Of a DNA stretch of 64,000 nt, positions 29,196-42,400 are shown one piece after another. Within the stretch, counting starts at the first letter, position 1; each line of letters opens with the position of its first letter. The position numbers and the translations under genes were made by a program. The notes beneath the pieces are model-generated. The model had not been told where the DNA came from. It saw nothing but the letters and a program-made list of their open reading frames with translations, and searched no databases. This DNA is from Cycas panzhihuaensis (Eukaryota; Plantae; Cycadophyta): positions 68,641,741 to 68,705,740 of the forward strand of contig CM041465.1 of assembly GCA_023213395.1 (NCBI GenBank), given 5' to 3'.

Positions 29196-31998
29196 TGTAG
29201 AATATTAGAGACGAGAGTGGAGCAAATAAATACAAGTATTCAATCCATATTAAAAAGTAAAATCATTTCATATTCAATCCATTATGAAGAGTACATCAAA
29301 TATTTCATTTGAGAGGTGGTGTTTAAAGAATACCAGGGTTTTATGCCTATTAAATAAATATGTTAGAGGAGGATGGAAGTCCTCATCAACTTGAAATTTG
29401 AAATATAATAAAATAATGACAAAACGTAATAAAACAATCTCACTTGATGTTTTGGGGTGGCTCACATGGCCCTAATACAAGGTTAAGTGATAAGCATTAA
29501 CCCAACATTCTCCCCCTTAATGGTTATCACATGCATCTTCAACTTCTCTTTAAACTTGTGATACTTGTACTTGAGGAAAACTTTGAACATATGTCTTTTG
29601 GCTTTATCATCATCCTTGAAGTGATCAACTTACATTATCATCCTTTCAGCATTGTGTGTCTCTTTAATACTATGTGATTCAAATGACTTCCAAGAAAATG
29701 TGGCTTGATTTGACTGAGTAGGAATGACTTTGTCTTTGTCATTTTTATTAATTAAGTTTAAGGTGCATATAACTTCATCAAATGCAATATTGGAGTCATT
29801 AACTTTATTGAAGTTTTCACTAGTATATGAAATATTAGTCTTGTCATCAAAGTTCACTTGCTCTAACATCTATCTCACATGAAAAGTATCATCAATGAAA
29901 TTAGTAATATTTAATTCCAAAGTATCTCCCTTATAAATCGATTCTAGGGTATCCTGTGTAGATTTGGAAGTAGTTAACTCACTTATGCTAGAAAATATAT
30001 TGTCATCTAGTTCATAAAACATTAGAGCTTAGGCCTTATTATCCTTTTTCATGTCTTATTTAACATTTGGTTCATACCCATCTTCTACAAACTTCCACAA
30101 ATTTTTAGAGACAACGAGTGTTTTTAGCAAATTCTTCTAAGATAAAAAACTAGTGCCATTAAACATGGGAATCATCAAATCATCTAGATAGGTGGCCATA
30201 ATAGGAGACTTTAATACATAATCCAAAAGATGATCTTAATGAATAAAGAAGTATTTTAACCTCAAATGAATAAATGACTTGAAATATACAATAAGTCTAT
30301 TTTTACAAGAACTTTCAATTACGATTTCAACATAGATTCCTCTCTAATCAATGAAGGATAATAACTTAGCAATAAAAAATATATATATCCTTAAAATTAA
30401 AAATAACAAATAAATTTATAATATGTAATAAATCACCTTTAAAACAAGATAAATTCTCTTTTGGAATGTAATTAATATTCAATTAATAATCTTTTCAAAA
30501 GGTGATATATGTATGAATCTTAAATAAACAAAAGCCTAACAATGAGCTTATAGTTATGTACTATAATACACCTTTGAGCTTTCAAATGCAATGACCTTAA
30601 ATTAATTTAAATATGCTTTATTAGTGAGTTAAGATATATATAAACTTTTAAATAAATACCTCTATGATCAATGAAGATATAATTTAGTAATAAAAAATGC
30701 TTATTGAATGATCTTAATGTAACTTGAAAAGCTTTAAAGAGGCAAAAAATGACCTTAAATAAGCAAAAAATATGCCTTAAAGAGCTTTAGAATCAGCTTA
30801 ATAAGCTAAAGTATGAAATGACAACTTTATAATAGAGTTAGAAGGGATGTAAATGCACAAGTTTATTATTTTTGTTCTCAAAGAGGCTCCTTCTCTTCAC
30901 GAGGCTGAAATAGAGTTAAATAGCTACAAAATTATATTATTAGCCTCTAGAATTGGCAAAAATCTATCAACAACTGATTAGTAGCTTAATAATAAACAAA
31001 TATACTGAATTAGAATTAAAAAATTACTTGAAATTTTTTTAAAATATGTCAACTTAGAACCAAATAGAACCCTTGATATTATTAGCTTTAAAAACCTATA
31101 AAATAATGTCATATCTTAATAAAACATACTCTAATATGTAGATAATCAAAAAATCTTTTTGATAGATCTAGCTATTTAAAAAATAGTCTCCTAGATCAAA
31201 AGTTATAACTATTTTAAGAACTTTTTTACTAGGATTTCTAAGGACTACAATAGTATCTAGTGGTAAAATACTAATAACTTTTTTCTCCTACATCTAATTA
31301 ACCTCAAACTAGTTCCAATGGAAAGGAAATTCAAAAATGCATAGAATCGAATAAAATTTGAGGTTATTTAGACACCTATAGCCAAAGTTATGGCTCTTTG
31401 AAGTTGAGGTTACAGAACTATCCCAAAAATATACTGACAAAAAAGTAGGCTAAAATTAAATCTACTATAATTTCTATAACTTTTAGCCAAAACTAGTATT
31501 ATAACCATTTAAAATTTATGGTGTGATCCTTTTTGTCCCAAATTCTCTATTGATTCTTTAAAATCTTTTGATTTTACTTCCAATGAGTAAAATTTCCATA
31601 TGCCAAAAACCCTTAATAAAATGGCAAAAAAATAGATCCCTAACTCTTATATAGATAAAAAATAGCTCTAATACCAAATGTTAGATATTAGAGATGAGAG
31701 CAAAGTAGGTAAACATTGATCCCAATCCATATTAAGAATGCATATTTGATACATCATTATATTAATCCATCTTGTAGAATAGTACATCAAATATTTCCTT
31801 TGAGAGGTGGTGTTTAAAGAACACTAAGGTTTTAAGCCCATTGAATAAATATGCAGTAGGAGGGTGGGAGTCCTCCTTAACCTAAAATTTAAAATATAAT
31901 AAAATAATAATAAAATGTAATAAAATAATCTCATGTGACGGCTAGGGATGGCTCACATAGTCCCAATGTAAGGTTAGGTGATGAGCATTAACCCAACA
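29196..31998 (-). mobile_element. Non-autonomous gag-only (TR-GAG-like) LTR element, 2.8 kb, no cargo (LTRs 29196-29507 and 31679-31998; PBS 31665-31676; TSD ATTGA)
   Basis: Paired LTRs, reverse PPT ttctcccccttaa, perfect ATTGA TSD; inserted in the LTR of the 28921 Copia. Confidence 0.93.
29520..30199 (-). pseudogene. Truncated Copia gag (mini-ORF)
   Basis: MATYLDDLMIPMFNGTSF...NLWKFVEDGYE...KKDNKA*ALMF..LDDNIFS; tail homologous to the mini-ORFs at 34320 and 48340. Confidence 0.75.
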
Positions 31999-34319
31999 AT
32001 TGATGTGTTAAGACTTCCTTTATTATATCTTCATTCCTATTATTTTAATAGTTTTACATGATATTGGAGCATGTTAAGGTACAATATCAATTATAATTGT
32101 TGACTATTATACTAGTTTTGGTGTGTTGATGGAATTAATATTTGTTACATACTATTAAATATTATTTATTAGGTTGAGATATTCAAAATTTTTAAACAGA
32201 TTTAGATGCATATTATAGGATGTATTAGAGTAGGTTTACAAGTTTTCGTATAAAGGTGCTCTTTTATAACACCTATTTTCAAACATTGATATGTGAGTAC
32301 CATTGAGCAAACAAAACTAGTAATTTTCTTTAAGGGGAAGTAGCCAAACAATAAGCTACAAATGCTTGTTCAAAGATTTATGGTATAATCTTTATATATT
32401 AAAGATACTTATTCATACTTTAAGTATGAGTTTTTTACATTTGGTATTTAGTATTAAGAACTTAAAATCAAACTACAAAATAATATGACCTATATATAGA
32501 TGTTTATAAATAACATGCAACCTAAATATAATCACTTTTGATGCAGGAAAATTACTCATTTTAATGAGCATTTTATACCTTTTATTTGCTATACATGTAG
32601 ACTAAAAGAGACATAAGCAGGTAGGCAGGTTGGTTCAAATAAATACATATGCAAATAGATCTACATGTAAATTGAAAAGACCTCCATTAAGAACATTACA
32701 TAAAAGTGTTGAAAAAGGACATTAATAATGTTGGGGCCACTAAATTTTAAAAAAGAAAAAAAAAAAAGAACTCTAATTAATAAAGGACATTAAGCAATGA
32801 TTAATATTAACTTTAGAATAAGGTGTGCTTGATTAAACAATGAAAATTCATTGCAAGATTCCAATATGTACATTGTAAAGTTACAAACTTTATTATTATT
32901 TTTTTTTTTAAATCATCATGCAATCATTTTTCAACATGTGTAGCGGTGACAAACTATCCATTGATTTTCTGTGAACTGCAAACGAATTACATAAGAAAAT
33001 AAATATCTATTTGATCAATAAAAGACTCTAATAAGTCATGCCCATTGAGGGATTAAACTTTATGGATGAACATGGTAGAATAAAGGCAAACAAAGACACC
33101 AAACCTTTTCTTATATGTAGAGAAACTATATAGGAAATCATGCAAAGAAGCTACCATGAAACTCACCATACAACCAATGCAATGACTGAGATGCCACTAT
33201 GGAGGGTATGTCAACACTAGAATTAACAGGCCACTATGAATGAAAAACCTTGTCTCAAATCCATAGATATACTAAGGTAAGTTGTGCATATAAAGAGTTT
33301 GTATGTATATTTACACAAGGAAGATCTATAAAAACAAAGATAAAACATAACTTTGAAGGTCACTGTTAAATCCTACATGGTAGAGAAGAGTCAAAGGTTA
33401 TATACTAAGAAAATATAGAGGAAAAATATACCTAGTGGATGTTAAACAAGCCCAAACAAGGATGGAGGAGGAAGATGAATATTTTTTTATATACACAATC
33501 ATGATTATTGCCACAAAACCATTCATAATGGCTTATCAAACTAATCATTAATAAATCAGTAATGCAATAACAAGGAGATTTTTGAATAAAATAACTCCAA
33601 AATAATGAACAAAAAAAATTTAGGATAATTTATTCACCATCCATGCAAGTTTGGAGAATATTTTATGAAAATAATCTTATATAGACATTGGATTTTAAAA
33701 AAAAATTATATTTATATAATATTAAATTAAATTAAAAAGTAATTTGAGGTCTATGACGAAGCCCCTATCAGCTAGCCTTTGATCACATGGTAATTTAGGA
33801 GATAGAGTTATTATAAGATGATTTGATATATACTTTGAAAAAGTAAATATACCATAATGCTCACAAGAAGCACTTTAGTATAAATTTTTGATGAAAATTT
33901 ATTTTTTTATGATTTTTGTAACATTCCAATTATAGGAAAATAATTTAATGGAGAACAGGGCAGAACATAAACAAATAATCATTAATCAATACATCATTGT
34001 TGTATAAACAAGAATTCTTTATATTCAATCCATTGTTCTGAAAAGAGAATTATAAATGTCCAAAATGGGGCGGTCTCTAAAAACACCACGGTTGCACACC
34101 CCTCAAAATATATAGTTTGGTGGAGGAGGGAAACTTCTCAACCCCTAAAATTTAAATACCATTAAAATAATAACTTAACTTAAATCAAATTAAACTTACC
34201 TTATACTTACCTACACATGTGAGTACCCACATGTGTAAATTGATGAGTATGAGGTGTCCACTCTTAGTTAGAAGGTGGGAGAGAGGTGATGAGTATTAAC
34301 CCCAACATTCTCGCCCTTA

Positions 34320-35000
34320 ATGATCATCACGAACAATGTCTTCTCTTTAAGCTTATGGAATTTGTACTTGAAAAAAACTTTGAAGATTTATCTTTTGGCT
34401 TGATCATTATCAAATTGCTTTATCCTTTTACCAACGTGTGTCGTACCATTGAGTGGTGAAAAAAAGTTGTAAGTAAATGAAGCTTGATTCAAATATGTAT
34501 GTGCAGCTATAACTTCAACTTTAACTTCTAAAACTTTAATTTTATTTTTTAAAAACTTTATACTATAAACAACTATTATATTATCATATCTCTTCCCTTC
34601 AAATGGAGGATCAGGTTGTTGTATAACAAGATAATCATGCATTTGATTTGAATCTTCTTTGGTCTTTTCATGACAATCCACCTATTCTGACAACTGTCTC
34701 ACATGCTCAACATCAATGTTAAATGCATTGAGGGTATCTCCCCCATAAGTGGAAATCAAGACATCCCATATGGGTTTAGAAGTTGTTAATTCATAAACTT
34801 TAGAAAAGACATCATCATTTATAGTGCAAAATATTAAAGCCAGGGCTTCATTGTCTTTTTTAATGTTTTCCTTAATACTAACATCATGTTCATCTTATAA
34901 GTATTTCAAAATATCATGTGTAATAAAATAATGTTGCATTGTTTGATGCCATAGTGAAAAATTATGGCCATTAAATATAAAAAATTGTACTTGATTAAGA
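34320..35000 (-). pseudogene. Truncated Copia gag mini-ORF
   Basis: FNGHNFSLWHQTMQHYFITHDILKYL...KKDNEALALIFCTINDDVFSKV.ELTTSKPIWDVLISTYGG, continuing into ORF 34388-34681. Confidence 0.8.
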
Positions 35001-36510
35001 TTAATTTCTTTTTTTTTTTTTATTTAGTACATAAAAGGAATATGCTTTTACAAAGTCAAAGAACTCAATAAATGAATAAGTATGACAAACTTATAAGATA
35101 TAATTTCAAATAAAATTTAAAATATGATGAATATATAAGTAAATTTTAAATGTAATTAAGATCCTCTTAACTAGGTCTAAATTGAAACTTTGAAGGTGAA
35201 AAAATAAAAAGTTCTTAAGATAATCCTATAAGGATATAGTTGAATACTCAAGTTTAACAGCTTTAAAATTGTACTAAACAATGTCAGAATAATGTGAAAC
35301 TTTACTAGTATGAAGATCAACGAAATAACTATTCAATGGAATTAACCGTTTTGAAAACAAGTTCTTGCAAGTCAATATTTTGATGAACCAAAGGTACAGT
35401 CCTCGTTTTGAAGCCTAACAGAAGCTTAGGGCTCAAAATAGTATAAAAATATTAATAAAAAACATATAAAATGATGGAAAATGATCAATTATAGTTTATA
35501 AGGCTACTTAATATACTTTTTAGTTGAAAAACTTGAAAATTAATATATAAAAGGATGTAAAAATGACAAATTAGAGGCTATTAAGTACCTCAAATTTGAT
35601 AGATTTGAAAATCTGAAAAAACACTTCAAAACTTATAAAAAATAGTGTTAGTTCGAAGAGGAGTGAGTTAGCTTCCCAACAAAATTGATGGATCTGAATT
35701 CTAACGTAAAACAGAAAAGTTAGAATGAAAATAACAACAAGTACTTTTATGGTTAAATGTTTAAAAAGTGTTGAAAAACACTAAAGTGTCACTTTGGTTG
35801 ATTAAAATAATAATTAAAATAAATCTTAAAAAATAAAATAAATAGATGATAATGAAGTTTGTTGATAGTATATGACTGCAGAATAGATCTGGGTAGAAAA
35901 TAATCACCTAGTGATAAGATGTAATCTGTTAAAATGTGATTTTGTAAAAAAAATAAAAAAGGCTCTAAAAATTAATGCCTAACTTTAAACTGAGTAAAAC
36001 ATGGTCAAATTAGTTCCAAATAGGTCATATGACTAGTCAAAATCACACCTCAAAAAATTTTAGACATAATGGGATAGGTCTTGTCAGAAATCGATGACCC
36101 CGTCAAAAGATATGACAAAAATTTGCCAGGTACCCTGTGTGAATTGAAAAAATAAAAAAATAAATCAAAAAGAAAAATTTTATGAAAATTGAATTGACCC
36201 CTTTAAGCAACGAGCTAAAGGTCACATGGAAGGATATGTGACTAGGGGCTAAGACTAAAAGGCTTAAGTTTACAATCCTAGAATTCAAAATATATATAAT
36301 TTAATTTAATTTTTTTTAAACCTTTATAAAAAATAAAAAATGAAAGGACGTCGCCACCTAAATATACAGAGAAAACCACAAAATGAGAAAATACGTCGTC
36401 ATTCGACCAAAGATAGGTATGTGTAAGGGCATCTTCCAATCTATTCCAGCGATCCTCGCAACCCTTACCATGGCCCAATGTAAGGAAGACGGTCATATGA
36501 AAATCACCCA

Positions 36511-36594
36511 GGCTTAGGGGCATATGGTTCTGAGCTCGGTGGCCTTAATCCTAGTGCCCTAGGCACATATGCTTCGCAAGCAGCTGCTTTATAG
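36511..36594 (+). pseudogene. Possible captured fragment of a UBA2-like RNA-binding protein C-terminus
   Basis: GLGAYGSELGGLNPSALGTYASQAAAL*; resemblance from memory only, and the sequence is low complexity. Confidence 0.3.
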
Positions 36595-36732
36595 GAGTCG
36601 GTGGATTAGGCCAACCGACTGGGGGTAGGTCATTGCAGTGTGCCAAAGAAGGTGCAGAAATTACTTCAGAATAAGGATCTAAGTATTGAAAAGCACGTGC
36701 ACAAATCGATTGCAGTGGTGAATGCCATTGAG

Positions 36733-36881
36733 CTAAATTCGTTTAGTTTGAAACTAAAGTCTTGCATTATGTTTCATTTGTTAATGAATGTGGCCTTCCA
36801 GAGGTAGGGTTAGATTATGGGGGCCTCTTCAAGGAGTTCTTAACAGATTTGGCAAAGCCTGCTTTTGATCCTCGTTATGGA
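36733..36881 (+). pseudogene. UPL7: Captured HECT E3 ligase fragment (UPL7/UBE3B-type)
   Basis: [49 protein letters not shown] (one frameshift), matching the plant UPL7 HECT start. Confidence 0.85.
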
Positions 36882-37028
36882 CAAGGTAGGGAAGCGACGT
36901 CCTCTAGGGTTGTAGATCTGACATGATTTTTGTGTGTGCAATTTGATATGGGGCTAGCCATCTATCGAGTGTAATAGAACCTCAAATCCTTGGATTGAAT
37001 AGAGTAGCGTATCTTTTAAGATGTCGCC

Positions 37029-37147
37029 ATGTCAACTCCTGCAAGGAAGAGGCTTATGAGGGATTTCAGGAGGTTGTAGTAAGATCCTCCTGCAGGAATC
37101 AGCGATGCTCCTCATGACAATAATATAATGCTTTGGAATGTCGTTAT
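37029..37147 (+). pseudogene. UBC2: Captured ubiquitin-conjugating enzyme UBC1/2 (RAD6) N-terminus
   Basis: [38 protein letters not shown]; the QQ codons are deaminated to stops. Confidence 0.95.
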
Positions 37148-37330
37148 CAGGATGTAGACCCAGATTTTGGTTCATGTCAGGCAAAGGAACTTCTAGATCA
37201 TCTTGAAAGCATGCTTGCAAATGAGTTTATTTCTATCAATAGTGGTCAGCATATAGTAGAAATTAAACCACGGGATGTTAGCAAAGGTCTAGTAGTAGAA
37301 TAGATTCTTTCAACAATGGTGCAGAGAGGC
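37145..37330 (+). pseudogene. TPS: Captured class II trehalose-6-phosphate synthase (TPP domain) fragment, spliced
   Basis: YQDVDPDFGSCQAKELLDHLESMLANEFISINSGQHIVEIKPRDVSKGLVVE*ILSTMVQRG; continuous across the KPQ|GVSKG position (37273/37274). Confidence 0.93.
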
Positions 37331-37969
37331 TCCTGTTAGGAAATGTTATGTGATTCATTCTTTTTTTTATAAAGGAGCAAAACCTAGGACCTATGGGATA
37401 TGATTTTGTCTCTATTTTGCTAGATGGTGTTTCTATGGAAAATGATTTTGTCTCTATTCTATCAGAAATTTTTGTTAACATTTTGGTATATGATGTTGAG
37501 GGCTTCTTAACAAAATGGATTAGACTTTGTTACAGGTATTTGGTAGACGAGGTTTGTTCTCTTCCACCTTACTCACAAACATACAAATATTAAACTGTGT
37601 TTTTGATTTTGCCTTTAGACGATTGTACTTATGAACGTGTCTTTTTCTTCACAAAACTTTCTTCATATAACTATAAGTAGTAGATGTATTAAATCAAAAA
37701 ACATATCAACAGAACCAGATCTTTTAAATATATTGATAGAAATATATCAAATAAATAAAATACATGTATATTTGAATCTAAAATATTTTAAATATGTTAA
37801 AGCAGATATATCAGAAAACTAAAAAAGATATATGTTTAAATATAAAAATAAAACTTAAGAACCTTGTAATGTAGTTGTGGCAGATTTATAGCAGATTGAC
37901 TTCTGATTCTTCCAGTAGATGGATATGCTATAATATATGGCTTGTTGGGCTGAATATGCACCACAACTT

Positions 37970-38465
37970 ACAGATCTGAAAAATAACTTAAAAAAAATAG
38001 TCAAATATATGATAAAATATACAGATCCGAAAGAAAATTTGAATAAATGTTACAGATCTAAAGTAAGTATTATAGATCTCAAGTAAATATTACAAATCTG
38101 TAGCTAATATTGCATATTTAAAGTAAATATTACAGATCTAAAATAAATAAACCAGAAAATAGTGAAATATTTAATAAAATAAGCAGATCTGAAAAAATAT
38201 ATAGTAGATCTGAAGAATATATAACAAATCTAAAGGAAACTTTAATAAATATTACAGATCTAAAGTAAATATTGTAGATCTGTAGCCAATATTGCAAATC
38301 TAAAGCAAATATTGTAGATCTGAAATAAATAAACCAGAAAATAGTGAAATATTTAATAAAAAAATAGATCTAAAAAAATATATAACAGATCTAAAGAATA
38401 TATAGCAAATCTGAAGGAAACTTGAGTGAATATTACTTGCAGCTGTGCTCCTGCATAGATCTAGA
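37970..38465. repeat. ~20-bp degenerate tandem array (AATATT..CAGATCT core) with ~190-bp higher-order unit
   Basis: Recurrent aaatattacagatctaaagt; block aaataaataaaccagaaaatagtgaaatatttaataaaa occurs twice. Confidence 0.85.
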
Positions 38466-39479
38466 AAAAATATTAGATAAATAGACAAAATATGCTTGAA
38501 AAATATTAAATATTTAACAGAAATATATAAAACTAGTTGATAAAACCACTTGTAGAGTGATGACAATTTGATATTTACTGTTTGCAGTTATGCACCTACA
38601 CAAATCTAAAGAAAATCTAGAATATATTTGTTATATCATAAGTATAGCTTCAAGAATAATCAAATCTCTGATAAAAAATACAAGAAACTTACTAATAAAC
38701 TTTACAGAAAATGAATATAACCAATATTTCTTTCTTGTGAGTAGATCTGCTACAGATATCAATAAATCTTCTTTCTCTCCACAAAAACTTCAATAGGCTA
38801 TCAAAATGTTAATAGATCAACCTGCTCTGATACCAGATGAAGGAAAATAATGCATGCTAAAATAGCTTTAATACCAGATGTAGGAAAAATAATGTGATGG
38901 AGAATATGGTAGAACATAAACAAATAATCATTTATTAATACATCATTATTGCATAAACAATAATCCTTTATATTCAATCCATTGTTATGAAGAGAGTATT
39001 CTAAATGTTCAAAATGAAGGCGGTGTCTAAAGACATTAGGGTTGCATACACATCAAAATATATAGTTTGGGGGGGGGAGGGAAACTCCTCAACCCCTAAA
39101 ATTTAAATAACAATAAAATAATAACTTAACTCAAATTAACTTAAATCAAATTAAACTTACCTTATACTTACCTACACATGTGAGCACCTACATGTGTAAA
39201 TTGATGAGTGTGAGGTGTGCAGTCCTGGTTGGAAGGTGAGAGTAGGGTGATAAGCATTAACCCCAACACCAGTTACTTATGAGTAGACTAAGGTAACAAA
39301 ATCACTCATTCTAGCTACTTATGTGGAGATTGATGAATTTTGTAGATTTCTTACTCTATTTCTATGCTTGTTTAATTACTTTCTAGTTGTTATTTAATTA
39401 ATTTTTTACTTAAAATGGTTAATAGAGAAAACATAATAGGTATAATTTCTGAAAACTCTTAGGACCTAAAAATTATATT

Positions 39480-42400
39480 GTATGGAAACATTATATATTT
39501 AGTTTTTCTCATTTAAATGATCTTTGGAAGTATGTAAATGATTCACTAAAGGATAGAAATGTTAACAAGATTACTGCATCTGAAACTAAATTAACTATTG
39601 ATGTTATTTTTAATGTTGAATATTGATCAAAGATACATATAACATTTGGTTTTCTTAGCATGTACATCAGTGGCAGTAACATTTTAAATATCAAAGGAGC
39701 TACTACACCAAGGTAGATGTGGAATATGGTCATGAACTTATTTAAGCATAAGGATGATTTGAGAACCTTGAATTTATGAAGTTAACTATATAGTTTGAAG
39801 ATGGCTAAAAATATGATAGAATGCATGTGTAATGTGAGGTCAATTCAAGATCAATTATTGACAATAAGGGAGAACACTCTTAAATCAGAAGTCATTACTT
39901 GTATATTAAGGAGTCTTCCACTCTAATATAAGAGCTTTATAACCATATTAACTTTGGCTAATAAATTGTCTACTATGATAATTTGTTATTTAGAATCCTT
40001 GCTTATGGAATATGAGCAAAAACTAAAACACATGCATAGTAAATCATCTAGGGCATTTTCATCTAGATCAAAAGGTTAAAAGGCATGTATTCCAAAGAAG
40101 AATATACCTTTTGAACCTATTATCCAAAAGGATAGACCTAGAGCTTCAACGGGAGAATATAGACCTAAATGTAGTAGAGGAGATGTCCACTTCAATTACA
40201 AAATAGTTATTTATTATCATATATAAAGTGGGTTCTGATATATAGGATGTATAGTTCATTGATTCTAGTGAATCATGACATATGACTGGAAGGTTAAATT
40301 GATTCTCTAAGATGTGGAAAGTAAATCAAAAAGTAATCATTGGGGATAACACTAAGTTGGAGGTTTCTAGACTTGTAAATATATCATTTCCCTTATGAAA
40401 TGATGATTAATCATATTTAGAAAATATTTTGTACATACTAAATCTAAAGATAAATATTCTTTCAATTGGTAAAATTAAATGACAAGATATAGCTATGATA
40501 TTTGCTTAAGGATAGTGCATAGTCTAAGATAAATAGAATAAGATTATAGACATAAGACTTAGAGAGAATAATATGTACAAACTATAAGGACACTCTTATG
40601 TATAAAGAGAATTCCTTACTATATCACCAAAACAAAAATTATGGTATGAAGTAATGGGTTATTTGAACTACTCTTGTCTCTAATCAATATAAAATTAAAA
40701 ATGGTGCATGGTCCTCCTATGATTAATAATAAAAATTATTTATGTAAACATTATATATTTGGAAAGAAACATAAAACACTATTTCTAGAGTGGAAAGCAT
40801 GGAGAAGCAAAGAAAATTAGAGTTAGTTTACTTAGATATCTCTAAACCAATGCTTGTCATCTCACTAGGTGGACTGAGATCCTTCATCATTTTTATTGAT
40901 GGCTTTTCAAGGAAATTCTAAGTTTTTCCATTGAGGAAAAAATTGCAAGCCTTCACTTACTTCAAATAATTTAAGAAGTTAGCAGAGAATGAAAGTAATT
41001 AGAAGATAAAGATCTTGTGAACTAACAATGCTTGAGAGTGTACTTCAAATGAATTCATATAGTTCTGCAATGATCATAGAATTAAGAGGCAATTTATTAT
41101 TGCTTATATGCCTTAGAAGAATGGAGTTGTTGAGTGGATGAACCAAATATTAGTTAAAAAAGCCAAAGCGATGTTAAGAGACAAGGATGTTATAGATTTC
41201 TTATAGGTAGAAGTTATAAACATAGTTGCATATATAATGAATAGAAGCATTAAAAGGGTTGTTAGGAACATAACACTTGAGGATGTTTAGTTAGGTAGGA
41301 AACCAACTATAAGTCATCTTAGAGCCTTTAAGTGTGATGTGTATATACATATTCCTAAGGAGAAATAGTGAAAGTTAGAAGATAAATGTATAAATTATAT
41401 CCTTATTAGACACTCTGAGGAAAACAAAGTGTATAGAGCATACAAGTTGTTCACTTTAAAAGTTCATACAATTTGTGATGTAATTTTTTAGGAAGATGAG
41501 AATTAGAATGTTGGTTCAATTAATGCTAAAAATTAAATACAGGAATCACCTAAATATAGTTCTTCATATGATCTAATTCAACTTAAATATGACTTATTTG
41601 ATATTGGTAAAATATAATTAGAATCCTTTTAGTTTTCATAAGTTAAATTTGAGCTGAAAATGAAGATTATAGTAGAAACTAAAGCCAAAGCTAAGGAAAT
41701 TGTATGATCCTTTACCTTCATCTTTAAAGAAGAAGCTTCCAAAATGATATTTAAAAAATTGTGGAGGATGCTTCTAAAAAGATGCAACCTTATGAATAGG
41801 TGAATATAGCTCTTATGGCATGTGTGTTAGATGCAAATGAACCATCTATAATTGAAGAACTAGCTAAAGAACAAAAGTGGAATAGCATTATAGAGACCAA
41901 ATTCTAAGCTATTAGAAGGAATTGCATATGGGATCTAGTTGAGTTGGCTACTAGTAAGCATGCAAATGAATCTATAGGAAAAAATTCAAATAGAATAAAT
42001 TTGTAAATAGATACAAAGCTCAACTTATAGCAAAATACATCAAGTAATAATAAGGGATCAACTACCTAAAAATATTTGCTCTTTTGTATAGATGAATATC
42101 ATTTGTCTCATTATGATGATAGTTGTATAATTTAATTCATAATTTTACCAGATCGATGTAAAGAATGAATTTTTAAATGGGGATTTAAATGTAGAAGTCT
42201 ACATGGAGTAGTCACTTGGCTTTGTTTGAAAAGGTCATAAGCACTTAGTGTACCAACTCAAGAAGGCCTTGTATAGCCTAAAATAAGATCCTAGAGCCTA
42301 GTATAAAAAGATTAATTAGTACTTTTTAAAGAATAGATTTGAGAGATCTCTAATTGGCTAAAATCTATATATCAAAGCTAAAAATAACAAAATCATATTT

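Larger units (their letters stand above)
33931..39268 (-). mobile_element. Non-autonomous gag-only LTR element 'A' with host-gene cargo (LTRs 33931-34307 and 38879-39268; two PBS; TSD CCAAT/CCAGT)
   Basis: Paired LTRs, reverse PPT at 34308, PBS at 38824-38835 and 38865-38876; internal region colinear with 47927-53606 except the cargo slot. Confidence 0.93.

Noticed and set aside
37970-38465. CRISPR-like array
   Set aside because: Contiguous degenerate monomers with no unique spacers, no cas genes, and a eukaryotic retroelement context.
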